NCBI GenBank assembly: GCA_035279405.1
Contig: DATEHU010000034.1
Span: 192,175 to 256,174, forward strand
Reading direction: 5' to 3'
From: Gammaproteobacteria bacterium
GTDB taxonomy: Bacteria > Pseudomonadota > Gammaproteobacteria > Natronospirales > REEB76
Length of the DNA stretch: 64,000 bases
Shown: one piece after another, positions 39,691-49,721 of the stretch
Layout: every line of letters begins with the position of its first letter
Position numbering within the stretch: position 1 is the first letter of the stretch
The notes under the pieces: model-generated
What the model was told of the DNA's origin: nothing
Database searches by the model: none
Seen by the model: the letters and a program-made list of their open reading frames with translations, nothing else
Program-made: the position numbers and the translations under genes

Positions 39691-41241
39691 TTAATCTTCC
39701 TCGGTGGCCAGCGTACGCGGTTTGACCGTGGGGCTTTTTGTCGGCGACTGGGTGTGGTGTCGGGCATCCAGCTTGCGCATCAGCGGCAGCACGGCCAGCG
39801 CGATCAGCGTGCAGACAATCCCGGCCACCCCCAGCCAGTTGAACAGGCGGGTGTAGAGCGGCATCATTTCCACCGGGTTGGTTATGGTGCTGGGCACGCT
39901 CGCAATGGTGGCGACCATGCCGCCGAAATACATGGACAGGCCGACGGCCACGTAATAGGCGCCCATCATGAAGCCACCCATGCGCGCGGGCACGTAGCGC
40001 GCGATCATCGCCAGACCCAGACCGCTGGTGAGCAACTCACCCAGGGAACCGAAGGCGTAGCCCCACACCATCAGCCAGGACGTGGTCTTGCCCGGGCCGG
40101 TCAGGAAATGGCCGGCCGCGCCGTAGATGAAGAACCCGATCGCCACCATGGCGAAGCCCATGGCGAATTTTGCCGCCACCGACAAGTCCTTGCCGCGCTT
40201 GCCGAAATGCGTGTAGATGAACGCGAGGATGGGCGACAGGATCATGATCCAGATGGGATTGAACGCCTGGAACTGCGCCGGCTTCCAGTCCCAAAGATGC
40301 AGGCCGAAAATGCCGAAACTCCAGTCCACGTTGCGCAGCGCAAACAGATTCAGCGACGTTGACATCTGCTGGTAAAAGATGAAGAAGAACACGGTCTGGA
40401 TGGTGAGGATCAGCGCGGCGATTAGGCCCGGACGTTCGCTGGGCCGGCCGTTGCGGATCAGCCAGGCGAAAATCCCCAGCACCACCACGCCTGCCGCGTA
40501 CACGAAAATTTTTGCCACCAACTGGTAGTTGAGGATCACAGCTGCGACGAACAGCGCGATGACCGCAAGACCCAGCACCGTCGCCAGCTTGCGCGGGTTG
40601 AGTGCGTGATGATCCGGCTCCGAGCCGATAAGTGTCAGGGTATGGCGCATGACCAGATAATTGACCAATCCCACCAGCAACCCGAGCGAGCACACCGCGA
40701 ACGCCGCGTGCCAGCCGAAGTTCTGCCCATAGGTATCGTTGATGTAGTCCTTGATCCACGGTGTGAGCAGCATGGAAACCGTTGAGCCGATATTCACGGC
40801 CATGTAATAGATGGTGAAGGCGCTGTCGATGCGGGAGTCGTCGCCTTCATAGATCTTGCGTACCAGGTTGCCGGCGTTGGCTTTGAACAGGCCGTTGCCC
40901 ACGACGATGACACCGAGTGCGCAGAACAGAAGCGAGGTGCTTGAGCCGGGCACCGCCATGAGCGCATAGCCGATGGCAAGCACAATGGCCCCGGTGAGCA
41001 TAGTGTGGCGGCTGCCGAGGATCTTGTCGCCGATCCAGCCGCCGATAGCCGGAGCGACGTAGATCAATGCGGCCGCCGCCCCCCAGGTGAGGTTAGCGCG
41101 GGTGTCCGCAAAGCCCAGGCGCTCGACCAGGTAATACACGATTAGCACCTGCATGCCGTAGAAGCCGAAGCGCTCCCACATCTCGATGAGGAAAACCGTG
41201 GAGAACGAGCGGGTTTTGGAGACCGGGGCGGTTGATTGCAT
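39691..41241 (-). CDS. Proton-dependent oligopeptide transporter (POT/PTR2, DtpA/DtpB-like)
   Basis: ExxERFxYYG-type motif IEMWERFGFYGMQ, with 14 TM and 516 aa. Confidence 0.93.
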   Translation of the reverse strand: MQSTAPVSKTRSFSTVFLIEMWERFGFYGMQVLIVYYLVERLGFADTRANLTWGAAAALIYVAPAIGGWIGDKILGSRHTMLTGAIVLAIGYALMAVPGSSTSLLFCALGVIVVGNGLFKANAGNLVRKIYEGDDSRIDSAFTIYYMAVNIGSTVSMLLTPWIKDYINDTYGQNFGWHAAFAVCSLGLLVGLVNYLVMRHTLTLIGSEPDHHALNPRKLATVLGLAVIALFVAAVILNYQLVAKIFVYAAGVVVLGIFAWLIRNGRPSERPGLIAALILTIQTVFFFIFYQQMSTSLNLFALRNVDWSFGIFGLHLWDWKPAQFQAFNPIWIMILSPILAFIYTHFGKRGKDLSVAAKFAMGFAMVAIGFFIYGAAGHFLTGPGKTTSWLMVWGYAFGSLGELLTSGLGLAMIARYVPARMGGFMMGAYYVAVGLSMYFGGMVATIASVPSTITNPVEMMPLYTRLFNWLGVAGIVCTLIALAVLPLMRKLDARHHTQSPTKSPTVKPRTLATEED

Positions 41242-41486
41242 GGGGGATTCCTGATGGGGCGAAGGTGCCGTTTCGGTCCGTCGAATTTCCCCAAATAAAT
41301 GGGGGGCGGCGCCAGTTGTACCTGATTTGCGCGCGGCTGTGAAGGCAAGTTCAGGGTGCAGCAGCGAGCGGCGAACCCGGCCATGAGCCGGGGTGCCGGC
41401 GACAGCAGGCTTTGCCAGCGAACGGGCGCGGCACGCACGGTCGCAGCTGACTATACTATGTGGGTCGCTACACCCGGGAAATCCTC

Positions 41487-41888
41487 ATGTCGGTCAAGCC
41501 AGGCCACGAACGGCGCCGTTTCCAGCGCTTCCGTTTCTCCTCGGTCATCCGCGTCCGGCTGGGTGATACGGTGCAGGAGTGCGAAATGCTGGACATGTCC
41601 TTCCGCGGCTTTTTGGCGCGTTGCCCGTCCGACTGGCAACCGGCTGACGGTGACCGGTTGCGGGTGGAGTGGCGCCTCGCGGATCTCATCAAACTGGAAC
41701 TGGATGCGCTGGTCGTGCATGTGCACGGCGGTCAAATAGGCTGCACCTGGGAAGCGCGCGATGCAGAAAGCTTCGCGCACCTCAAGCGCCTGGTGGAAAT
41801 CAATCTGCTGGATTCCAAGTTGGTGGCGCGCGAGCTTGAGGCACTCAAAGTGGAAACCGGAGTCAGGCACCACGACGCCGTGCACTAG
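41487..41888 (+). CDS. PilZ domain protein
   Basis: RRxxxR (ERRRFQR) and D/NxSxxG (DMSFRGF) c-di-GMP-binding motifs. The ORF-track GTG at 41460 is an alternative start. Confidence 0.75.
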   Translation: MSVKPGHERRRFQRFRFSSVIRVRLGDTVQECEMLDMSFRGFLARCPSDWQPADGDRLRVEWRLADLIKLELDALVVHVHGGQIGCTWEARDAESFAHLKRLVEINLLDSKLVARELEALKVETGVRHHDAVH

Positions 41889-42976
41889 CTTTCGGTCTGA
41901 AGATCCAGGTTCAGTTGTGCCTGGTCCGGCGGCGGACGGAAGTGCGCGCTGCTCAAGTGCAAGCGGCGCATGTTTTGCAACCGGAACTTTTTGCAGGCCA
42001 CCACAAAGCGCCGGGCAATAAGCTCGGCATATTCACCCGTGCCGCGCATGCGCGTGCCGAATTCTGCCTGGTAATCCTGGCCGCCGCGCATCTGGCGGAT
42101 GATGCTCATGACGTGGGCGGCGCGCTCCGGCAGGTGCGTATTCAGCCATTCGCGGAACAGATCTTTCACTTCGTGCGGCAACCGCAGCAACACATAGCCC
42201 GCGCCACAGGCTCCGGCTTGCGCCGCCAACTCCAGAATGTGCTCGATTTCATGGTCGTTTACCACCGGGATAATGGGTGCGTTCAGCACGCCCACCGGCA
42301 CGCCCGCGAGCGCAAGTGCGTGCACGCAGCGCAACCGTGCCCGGGGACCGGCCGCGCGTGGCTCCAGGCTGCGTTTCAGATTTTCATCGAGTGTAGTGAT
42401 GCTCACCATGACGTTTGCCAGATCCTGTTGCGCCATGTCGCTGAGGATGTCGAGGTCGCGTGTCACCAGTGTGCTTTTGGTGATGATGCTCACCGGATGA
42501 TGAAAGCGCTGCAGCACCTGCAGAATCGAGCGTGTGACTTTGAGCTTGCGCTCGATGGGCTGGTAGGGGTCGGTGTTGGCGCCCAGCGTGATGGGCGCGG
42601 GGCGATAGCCCGGCTTGCGCAGTTCGCTATCCAGCAGCTCCGCCGCGTTTTGTTTGTAGAACAGCCGGGTTTCGAAATCCAGCCCGGGTGAAAGATTCAG
42701 ATAGGCATGGCTCGGCCGGGCAAAGCAGTAGATGCACCCATGCTCGCAGCCGCGGTAAGGATTGATGGATTGCGTGAAGGGAATGTCCGGCGATTGATTG
42801 CGGCTGATGATGGAGCGCGCCGTTTCCGGCGTAACTACGGTTTCCAGCGGCGGCAACGGCGGCTCTTCGATATCCCAGCCGTCGTCGAAGTTCCCGCGTC
42901 GACGGGTTTCAAACCGGCCTTGCGGATTGGAAACCGCGCCGCGGCCTTTGATGGGAACACGAGGTGAAACCGGCAT
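41885..42976 (-). CDS. Radical SAM protein (PA0069-like family)
   Basis: CEHGCIYC (CxxxCxxC) cluster motif, 363 aa. Confidence 0.88.
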   Translation of the reverse strand: MPVSPRVPIKGRGAVSNPQGRFETRRRGNFDDGWDIEEPPLPPLETVVTPETARSIISRNQSPDIPFTQSINPYRGCEHGCIYCFARPSHAYLNLSPGLDFETRLFYKQNAAELLDSELRKPGYRPAPITLGANTDPYQPIERKLKVTRSILQVLQRFHHPVSIITKSTLVTRDLDILSDMAQQDLANVMVSITTLDENLKRSLEPRAAGPRARLRCVHALALAGVPVGVLNAPIIPVVNDHEIEHILELAAQAGACGAGYVLLRLPHEVKDLFREWLNTHLPERAAHVMSIIRQMRGGQDYQAEFGTRMRGTGEYAELIARRFVVACKKFRLQNMRRLHLSSAHFRPPPDQAQLNLDLQTES

Positions 42977-43119
42977 GGCTGATCACTGTATACGCAAACA
43001 GTATTACTGGCTACAGCCCGCGACCTGAAAGGGCCGCATTTGGGCGCGCGCCGGGTGCGTGGTAAGGTAGCGCCCTCGCTCTTTTCCGTGATTTCAGCCG
43101 CTTTGCGGGTCAAATAACC

Positions 43120-43884
43120 ATGTTCAAAGCTTCGGTATGTCTGTTGGGGGTGCTGGCAATCGCCGGCTGTGCGACGCTTCCACCTCCCAAGCCAGCCACA
43201 CCGCTGCCGACACCGCCCCCGCGACCGGTTTTGATCGGCACGCCCACCAGCGAACCGTTGACGCCGCAGATGCAGGCCCTGCAGGGCGACGCCGCGGATC
43301 AGCAGGTTCTGGCGCGCTTCATCGTGTCCCCGGACGGAAGCGTGCAGCATGCGCATGCCATCTTCACGTTGTTGTCACCCGCGGACACTGCGACGGTGCT
43401 GAATGCGCTGGGCCAATGGCGTTTCAAACCGGCGATGCACGGGACTGAGGCGGTGGCCGGCGAGTTCATGTATCCGTTGTTCTTTGGTCCGGACAGTGCC
43501 CAGGCGCGCACGCGGTTTTTCTGCCGCAATCAGCCGTTGATGTACAAACCGGAAAGCGGTTGTGAAATTGTGGACTTTGGTCCTTGGCGGATTTTTCGCA
43601 TGGACCCGGTATATCCCGCCAACCTTCTGGATCAGCATCTGGCCGGGAGTGTGACGCTGAGTTTCGATGTGGATGCGCGCGGTCGCGTGCAGGATCCCAA
43701 AGTCGTTAGCGCCACACCCCCGGGCGTATTTGACGCCACCGCGGTCGCGGCCGTGCGGCAGTGGTATTTCGAGCCGCTGCAGGAACAGAAAGATCCCGCC
43801 GAGCAGCACGTCACCGTGACGGTCAAGTTCACCCCGCCGGGCAACGGGGCCGGCGCCAACACTCATTCTCCGCCGCCGCGTTGA
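43120..43884 (+). CDS. Lipoprotein with two TonB C-terminal-like domains
   Basis: Lipobox LAIAGC, a Pro-rich linker, and the second half PVYPANLLDQHLAGSVTLSFDVDARGRVQDPKVV...FDATAVAAVRQWYFEP, which is typical of TonB_C. Confidence 0.65.
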   Translation: MFKASVCLLGVLAIAGCATLPPPKPATPLPTPPPRPVLIGTPTSEPLTPQMQALQGDAADQQVLARFIVSPDGSVQHAHAIFTLLSPADTATVLNALGQWRFKPAMHGTEAVAGEFMYPLFFGPDSAQARTRFFCRNQPLMYKPESGCEIVDFGPWRIFRMDPVYPANLLDQHLAGSVTLSFDVDARGRVQDPKVVSATPPGVFDATAVAAVRQWYFEPLQEQKDPAEQHVTVTVKFTPPGNGAGANTHSPPPR

Positions 43885-43970
43885 CCTGCGGCGCGCATTT
43901 GGAGGGGATTGGCGAAAAACGCCCGTCTATGATTGAAACCGCCATATTGCTGCATGCCAGGGTGCAATCC

Positions 43971-46181
43971 ATGAAAACAATCACACGCCTGACGGGCGGT
44001 GTGTTGCTGGCCTGCGCTGCATTTGCGGTGTGCGCTGCAGAGCCGGCGCCGCCTGCACCGGGTTACACGATTGCCCAGATCTTTGCCGAGCCGGGATTGA
44101 CCGGCTACCACCCTGAACAGCTTGAATGGAGTCCCGACGGCCGCTCTCTGACCTATCTGCTGCGCAGCGGCGCCGACGGTCTGGCCGATCTGTACATTGT
44201 GGATGTAGCCAGCGGCAAGCGTGCATTGTTGCTGTCAGCCGCACAGCTTGCCGGCGCCGCGGCACCGCCCTCCAGTATCAAGAACCAGAGGGAGCAGGAG
44301 CGCATCACCCGCTACGGCGTGGCTGGCTATCATTGGTCACCGAAAGCCGATGCAATCTTCTATCTGAGCAACGAGCAGATTTATCTATACAAGCTGGCGA
44401 CCCGTCAAACCACCCAGATTACGCATGCGCCGGGTGCGAAGCGCAATCCCCAGATGTCGCCGGACGAACAGTGGGTGAGCTATGTGACGGACGGCGACGT
44501 GCACTACGTTGCCATACAGGGAGGTCCGGTGCACAGCGTCGCGCCGCACCAGGCCGAGGTGCTGAATGGCGAGCTCAATTGGGTTTATACCGAAGAGCTG
44601 GATCTGCGCTCGGCTTACACTTGGTCGCCGGACAGCCGTTACATCGCTTTCCTGCAATCCGACGAGCGCCCGGTACACAGCTTTCCGCTCATCAATTACG
44701 TGGATCAGCAGCCCAGCGTGTATGAGCAAAAATATCCCGTCGCCGGCATGCCCAATCCCATCGTGCGTCTGGGTGTGCGTGATGTGCAAACCGGCAAGAC
44801 CGTGTGGATGGCGATGGCCGGCACGCCAGACACGTATCTGCCGCGTTTCGGCTGGCTGCCGCAGGCCGACCGCTTATTCGGCGAGGTGCTGAATCGCGAC
44901 CAGACCAAGCTGCAGCTCCTGAGCGCCGATCCCCAATCGGGTCAGGCGCGGGTGCTGGTGACGCAGACCGATCCCGACTGGATTGACGTGCGCGACGCTC
45001 CTCATTTCCTCAAGAGCGGCGGCTTCGTATGGAGCAGCCAGCAGGACGGCTGGCGTCACCTGTACCTGTACAGCGACGACGGCCGTCAGGCGCGCCTGCG
45101 GACGCCCGGCGATTACAACGTACTCAAGCTTGAGGGTGTGGACGAGGCGCGCGGCGAACTGTATTTCACGCGTTACACCCACGGGCCGCTGAATACGGAG
45201 CTGTACCGCGCGGCGCTGCGCGGCGGCGAGCCGCGCGCTGTCACCACCGAACCCGGCACGCACGACATTAACATGGCGCCGGATGCGCATCACTATCTCG
45301 ACAGCTATTCCAATGTGCTGACGCCGCCGTCACTCACGCTGGTGAGCCTCGAAAACAGCCGGCGCACGCTCATTCAGGCATCTGCCAAGTTGCCTTATCG
45401 CTTTCAGAAGCCCCGTTTCTTCACGATTACGGCGGCCGACGGACGCACGCCGGTATACGCGCGCCTTACGCTGCCTCCGGATTTCGACGCGGGCAAAAAA
45501 TATCCGGTGATCGTGTATCAGTACGGCGGACCGGACGTCGGCCCGATCGTGCGCGACGCCTGGGGCGGAACCAATTTCCTGTTTGACCAGTTGCTGGCGA
45601 ATCAGGGATTTGTTCTGTTCGCCACCGACAATCGCGCGGCCACCTATTTCAGTCACCGCGATCAGGCGCTGGTGAAACTCCATCTCGGCAAGCTGGCGCT
45701 CGCCGATCAGCTGGCGGCGGTGAACTGGCTCAAGTCCCAGTCCTATGTGGATGCGTCGCGCATCGGCATCTGGGGCTGGAGCTACGGCGGCTACATGACC
45801 GCTTACGCGCTTACTCACGCGCCCGGCGTGTGGCGTGCGGGCATCGCGGTGGCGCCCGTGACCCAGTGGCAGGATTACGACACAATCTACACTGAACGTT
45901 ACATGAGTACGCCGCAGGCAAACCCCGAAGGTTATGCCGAAAGCTCGGACGTGGCCGCCGCCAAGAATCTCGCCGATCCGCTATTGCTGGTAGCGGGTAC
46001 CGGCGATGACAACGTGCACTGGCAGAACACCATGCAGTTCATCCAGGCACTGATTGATGCCAACAAGCCTTATCAACTGCTGATTTATCCCAACAAGACG
46101 CATGGCATCTCCGGCCCCGCCGCGCGCACGCATCTGTTTACCGCCATGCAGGATTTCTGGCAACGGGAGCTGTTGCGCTAA
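43971..46181 (+). CDS. Dipeptidyl-peptidase IV family (S9B) serine peptidase
   Basis: Signal peptide after MKTITRL, beta-propeller region, catalytic GWSYGGYM motif, and a C-terminal D/H region. The ORF-track start at 43761 overlaps the upstream gene and is rejected. Confidence 0.9.
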   Translation: MKTITRLTGGVLLACAAFAVCAAEPAPPAPGYTIAQIFAEPGLTGYHPEQLEWSPDGRSLTYLLRSGADGLADLYIVDVASGKRALLLSAAQLAGAAAPPSSIKNQREQERITRYGVAGYHWSPKADAIFYLSNEQIYLYKLATRQTTQITHAPGAKRNPQMSPDEQWVSYVTDGDVHYVAIQGGPVHSVAPHQAEVLNGELNWVYTEELDLRSAYTWSPDSRYIAFLQSDERPVHSFPLINYVDQQPSVYEQKYPVAGMPNPIVRLGVRDVQTGKTVWMAMAGTPDTYLPRFGWLPQADRLFGEVLNRDQTKLQLLSADPQSGQARVLVTQTDPDWIDVRDAPHFLKSGGFVWSSQQDGWRHLYLYSDDGRQARLRTPGDYNVLKLEGVDEARGELYFTRYTHGPLNTELYRAALRGGEPRAVTTEPGTHDINMAPDAHHYLDSYSNVLTPPSLTLVSLENSRRTLIQASAKLPYRFQKPRFFTITAADGRTPVYARLTLPPDFDAGKKYPVIVYQYGGPDVGPIVRDAWGGTNFLFDQLLANQGFVLFATDNRAATYFSHRDQALVKLHLGKLALADQLAAVNWLKSQSYVDASRIGIWGWSYGGYMTAYALTHAPGVWRAGIAVAPVTQWQDYDTIYTERYMSTPQANPEGYAESSDVAAAKNLADPLLLVAGTGDDNVHWQNTMQFIQALIDANKPYQLLIYPNKTHGISGPAARTHLFTAMQDFWQRELLR

Positions 46182-46185
46182 GGTC

Positions 46186-46677
46186 ATGTACAAAGATTCG
46201 ATTTGGGCTGTCATTGCTTTGACAGCCATCACCGGGACGGCTGCGGCAGCCGGCGTGTCCATGGCGTCGGGCAGCGGCCAGCATTTTGCCTTCGGTCATC
46301 CTGGCCCAGGCGCAGGGCCGGTGCAGGTGATTCATGTGCGCGTGCTCGACACCCTGCGTTTCCAGCCCGCGCGCATTGTCGTGACCCGCGGCGAAACCGT
46401 GAAATTCGTGGTTGACAACGTGGGCAAGCTGATGCACGAATTCGTGATCGGCGATGCCGCGGTGCAGGCCGAGCACGAAAAGGAAATGCACGCCATGCCC
46501 GGCATGACCATGGAGCATGACGTGAACGGCGTCACGCTGCCGCCGGGAAAGACCCGCGATCTTCTATGGACCTTCACCCGCGACGGCGTGGTGGAATACG
46601 CCTGTCACGAGCCGGGCCATTTCGCCGCCGGGATGGTCGGAAAAATCTACATCGAACCGCCCGGCCGTCACGGTTGA
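46186..46677 (+). CDS. Cupredoxin-like copper-binding protein
   Basis: Signal peptide, type-1 copper ligand pattern H(MHEF)...C-HEPG-H-FAAG-M, and a Met/His-rich loop MHAMPGMTMEHD. Confidence 0.8.
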   Translation: MYKDSIWAVIALTAITGTAAAAGVSMASGSGQHFAFGHPGPGAGPVQVIHVRVLDTLRFQPARIVVTRGETVKFVVDNVGKLMHEFVIGDAAVQAEHEKEMHAMPGMTMEHDVNGVTLPPGKTRDLLWTFTRDGVVEYACHEPGHFAAGMVGKIYIEPPGRHG

Positions 46678-46706
46678 TCTATCTTCAACCTTAGCCTGCG
46701 GGCAAT

Positions 46707-47144
46707 TTAACGGAACAAATTCTTCACTTTACTGAGGAACGAACCGGAACGCATGCGCGTCAAGGTTCTGGCCCACTGGTCTTCCGCGAGCACCTTTCTC
46801 TCATAGTCCTTTTCTTCTTGTTTCATCAATTCCAGCACACGCGTATCTTCGTCCTCATCCAGCCAGTAGCCATGCTGGTTTGTGCAAACTTCCATTTCCA
46901 GTTCGTAGAACCGGTATTGGAATCGTTTGAGGGGCGCGCTGCACTCCGGGCATTTCGCGGTGGTGGGCGTGGTACTGAGGAACAGGGTGCCTTTGGCATC
47001 ATCTCCAAAATCGAAGGCTTCATCTTCCAGTTGGTTGAGTTCCTGGCGTTCCAGCCACATCCCTTTGCAGGATTGACAGTAATTGACCTTGAGCTTGTGC
47101 CGGGTGGTTGGCGTCAGGTCCGAATTGCATTTAGGACATTTCAA
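46707..47144 (-). CDS. Zinc-ribbon (zf-TFIIB-like) protein
   Basis: Two CxxC...CxxC-type ribbons (CPKCNS...CQSC; CPECSA...). The gene has lower GC than its surroundings. Confidence 0.72.
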   Translation of the reverse strand: MKCPKCNSDLTPTTRHKLKVNYCQSCKGMWLERQELNQLEDEAFDFGDDAKGTLFLSTTPTTAKCPECSAPLKRFQYRFYELEMEVCTNQHGYWLDEDEDTRVLELMKQEEKDYERKVLAEDQWARTLTRMRSGSFLSKVKNLFR

Positions 47145-47178
47145 GCATGTCTCCGTTGTCGCCCGCGTCTATTTGTAG

Positions 47179-48291
47179 TTAAGAGCTTATCACTTTGACT
47201 GGGGCACTGCCGGCATGATCATCCGGTTGGCGCGCAGGTTGCGCAGTTGGTTTCGCTGCGGCTGGAACTGCAAGCTGCGACATTTGCATGGGCACGGACG
47301 TGCCCGGCAGCCTGCGCATTTCGGAAGGCGGCATGCCGTGCAGCAGCACCGAGGCCGCGCCGATGACCGCCAGACCCAGCAGGCTCTCGGCCAGCACCGC
47401 GCGCGCGCAACTGCGCACGCGCGCGGCAATTCCCGACGCGGCAGGTTTGGCGCCGATGAAACCGCCGAGCAGTTTTCCGAACAAGGAGCGCGGCACCGGC
47501 TTGCCCGCGGCGCGGAGCAGCCGCGGCAACTTCACGTAACGGTTGTGGGCGCCGAAAATGATCATCAGGATTACGATGCCGAGCTTCACGTCGAGCGTCA
47601 CACCGTAGCTAGTGGTCCACAGCGCGCGGAAACTTCCGAGTTCGCCGATTGCGGTGTAAATGCCGCTCGCCAGGATCACGGCGAGCGCGCCGCCCGAAAG
47701 CGTAGACAGGCGCTGGAAAACCACCGCGCTGCGTTCGCCGTCCGTGTTGCTGGCGCGCAGCAGCCCGGGAAAGATCGCGAGCGACATGCCAAACAGGCTG
47801 CCGACCCACACCGCGGCCGACATCAGGTGCACCCAGTCCACCCACACCGCAAAAGTGAAGTCGCCGTGGTCGGCGGGATGGCCGGTCTCACTGCGGGTGA
47901 GCGCGATGCCGGCCGCGCTGATCACCATGAGCCACGCCGCCCAGCGGTGGTGGCGGTGGCGCAGGCACCAGCCCCAGGCGAGCCACAACAGGAGCAGCGC
48001 CGGAATGCGCCACACCCACACATGGCCGTAATGCGTGACCTTGAGCGCGAGCGGTATGTCCGCGAACAGCTGGCTGAAGGATCCGCCGTTCAGCTCGAGC
48101 GTGCGCGACACCAGGATGCCGAAGCTGCCGAGCGTGAGCAGCGCCACGGCCACGCCCAGCACGCGTAGCACCGAGGTTTCGAGCGCGCCGCCCTCCTCGC
48201 GCGGCAGCACGGCGAGCCAGCAGGCCAGCAGGCCGATGACGGTAATCAGCATGCACACATCGAACGCGGTCAAAGCGATGTTGATGGGCAT
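47179..48291 (-). CDS. copD: Copper resistance protein CopD
   Basis: Multi-TM CopD family, starting MPINIALTAF at 48291. The upstream 144 aa of the track ORF is read-through across copC in another frame. Confidence 0.87.
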   Translation of the reverse strand: MPINIALTAFDVCMLITVIGLLACWLAVLPREEGGALETSVLRVLGVAVALLTLGSFGILVSRTLELNGGSFSQLFADIPLALKVTHYGHVWVWRIPALLLLWLAWGWCLRHRHHRWAAWLMVISAAGIALTRSETGHPADHGDFTFAVWVDWVHLMSAAVWVGSLFGMSLAIFPGLLRASNTDGERSAVVFQRLSTLSGGALAVILASGIYTAIGELGSFRALWTTSYGVTLDVKLGIVILMIIFGAHNRYVKLPRLLRAAGKPVPRSLFGKLLGGFIGAKPAASGIAARVRSCARAVLAESLLGLAVIGAASVLLHGMPPSEMRRLPGTSVPMQMSQLAVPAAAKPTAQPARQPDDHAGSAPVKVISS

Positions 48292-48305
48292 GGCGGGCCT
48301 CGCGA

Positions 48306-48683
48306 TTATTGGATGGTGAAAGGGAAACGGCCGGCGGTGTGATGGCCATCGCGCGCGATCACGCTCCAGTACACCCAGTACTGGCCGGGAGGCAGCGGCA
48401 CGGGGAGCGTGGTTTCGAGCAAGGTGTTGTCGCTGGATGAGACTTGGCCATTGCCTTGGCTCACCTGTGCGCCGGCGGCGTTTTTCACGATCAACGTGGA
48501 AAACACCGGTTCGATCTCGCCGTCGAACCAGATTTGTACCAGCTTGGGCGAAGGGCTGACGGTTGCACCGACGTGCGGCGAGGAATTGTCCGGGAAGGCA
48601 TGGGCCCAGGCGCCCGGAGCCGGGCCGAGCGTCAGCAGCAAAAGTGCGGCGCAAACGGTGGTACGCATGTTGGCCGCCCTCAT
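48306..48683 (-). CDS. copC: Copper resistance protein CopC (periplasmic)
   Basis: Signal peptide, then HAFPDNSSP...WSVIARDGHHTAGRFPFTI, typical of the CopC/YobA domain. Confidence 0.87.
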   Translation of the reverse strand: MRAANMRTTVCAALLLLTLGPAPGAWAHAFPDNSSPHVGATVSPSPKLVQIWFDGEIEPVFSTLIVKNAAGAQVSQGNGQVSSSDNTLLETTLPVPLPPGQYWVYWSVIARDGHHTAGRFPFTIQ

Positions 48684-49561
48684 TGCCAGACCGGTGCGCC
48701 GACGGTGTGCGGCGCGAGGTCATCCAGGTAGAAATCGAAGCCCAGCAGGATCCCGACCGAATTGCCGGTTCGATGATTGATGGGAATCTGCAATTCCACG
48801 CCCCACTGGAAATAGTGTCCCAGCCAGATCACGCCGGGATTGATGTAGCCGGTGGTCTGGCCACGGCAGCCGTTGTCGAGACAGGTCTGCATCGGGAACT
48901 CGATGATCGGGATCAGGTTGTTGAACGGTGCCTTGATGCCGACGTACTTCACGAAGTTCTGCAGATAGGGAATGCTGTACTGCAGCGAGAAACCCCAGTT
49001 GAGCATGCGCGGTACATTACCGGCAGTGGGAAAATCCACGGATACGGCACCCGTGACCGCCAACGGTTTCAACCAGTTGGCCGAGACGTTGCCCAAGCCC
49101 TGGCCGAAAGCGAACTCCGGCGACCAAGTGGAGTATTCGGAGCCAATCGCCTGGCTGCCGGTGTGAGCGACGGAATCGGCCAGCGAAAACATGCCGATGG
49201 ATTCGGAATTGTCGTTCTCGTACACCTGCCAGGCGCCGGCCACTCTTAAATTGTCCCAGCCGTGGACCGCCGGTATGCCGCCCGGCACCAGGCTCTGGTA
49301 ATCGGTGCTCATCACCAGCGAGAACCCGGGCGTGATCGGCTTGGTGAAGGCCGCGGCCAGCACGTTTTGCTCGGTGCCGTCGGCGTAGATGTGGCTGAAC
49401 ACCAGCGGCAGTTCCGCGCCGATGCCCGGATCATCGAAACTCAGGGTCGCTGGGAACAGCCGCATGCCGGCGATGGCGTGGGCGTATACCGGTGTCGGGC
49501 CCAGCGCCAGCAGCGCAACCAGCAGCGGCCCGCTCCGGAGGTTGTGGTGCAAAACTCGCAT
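48680..49561 (-). CDS. Secreted / outer-membrane-like protein of unknown function, co-operonic with copCD
   Basis: Signal peptide LLVALLALGPTPVYAHA, beta-rich and aromatic-rich sequence, and a 4-nt overlap with the copC start. I am not confident of any family. Confidence 0.6.
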   Translation of the reverse strand: MRVLHHNLRSGPLLVALLALGPTPVYAHAIAGMRLFPATLSFDDPGIGAELPLVFSHIYADGTEQNVLAAAFTKPITPGFSLVMSTDYQSLVPGGIPAVHGWDNLRVAGAWQVYENDNSESIGMFSLADSVAHTGSQAIGSEYSTWSPEFAFGQGLGNVSANWLKPLAVTGAVSVDFPTAGNVPRMLNWGFSLQYSIPYLQNFVKYVGIKAPFNNLIPIIEFPMQTCLDNGCRGQTTGYINPGVIWLGHYFQWGVELQIPINHRTGNSVGILLGFDFYLDDLAPHTVGAPVWQ

Positions 49562-49721
49562 GATTCGTCTCGCTCTCGTTGTGCCGCCGCCGCACGGCGA
49601 CAGGATGGTTGTCAGCGGGAAACGCGGACCGCGGTGTCATCACGCCCGCCATGACGCGGAGTACAGGCTTTGCGAGCTGGGCGCCGTTGGCGCAACGGAT
49701 TCTGCGGTGTCGCAGAGAGAG

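Noticed and set aside
41885-41888. PilZ gene and radical SAM gene share the palindrome CTAG, which serves as the stop codon on both strands. A similar CTAA overlap occurs at 29433-29436.
   Set aside because: This is a simple consequence of convergent genes abutting, with no evidence of functional significance.
47179-48723. 514-aa ORF suggesting a CopC-CopD fusion or a long CopD.
   Set aside because: The first 144 residues are Arg/Pro-rich read-through across copC in a different frame. CopC is encoded separately (48306-48683) and CopD starts at MPINIAL (48291).
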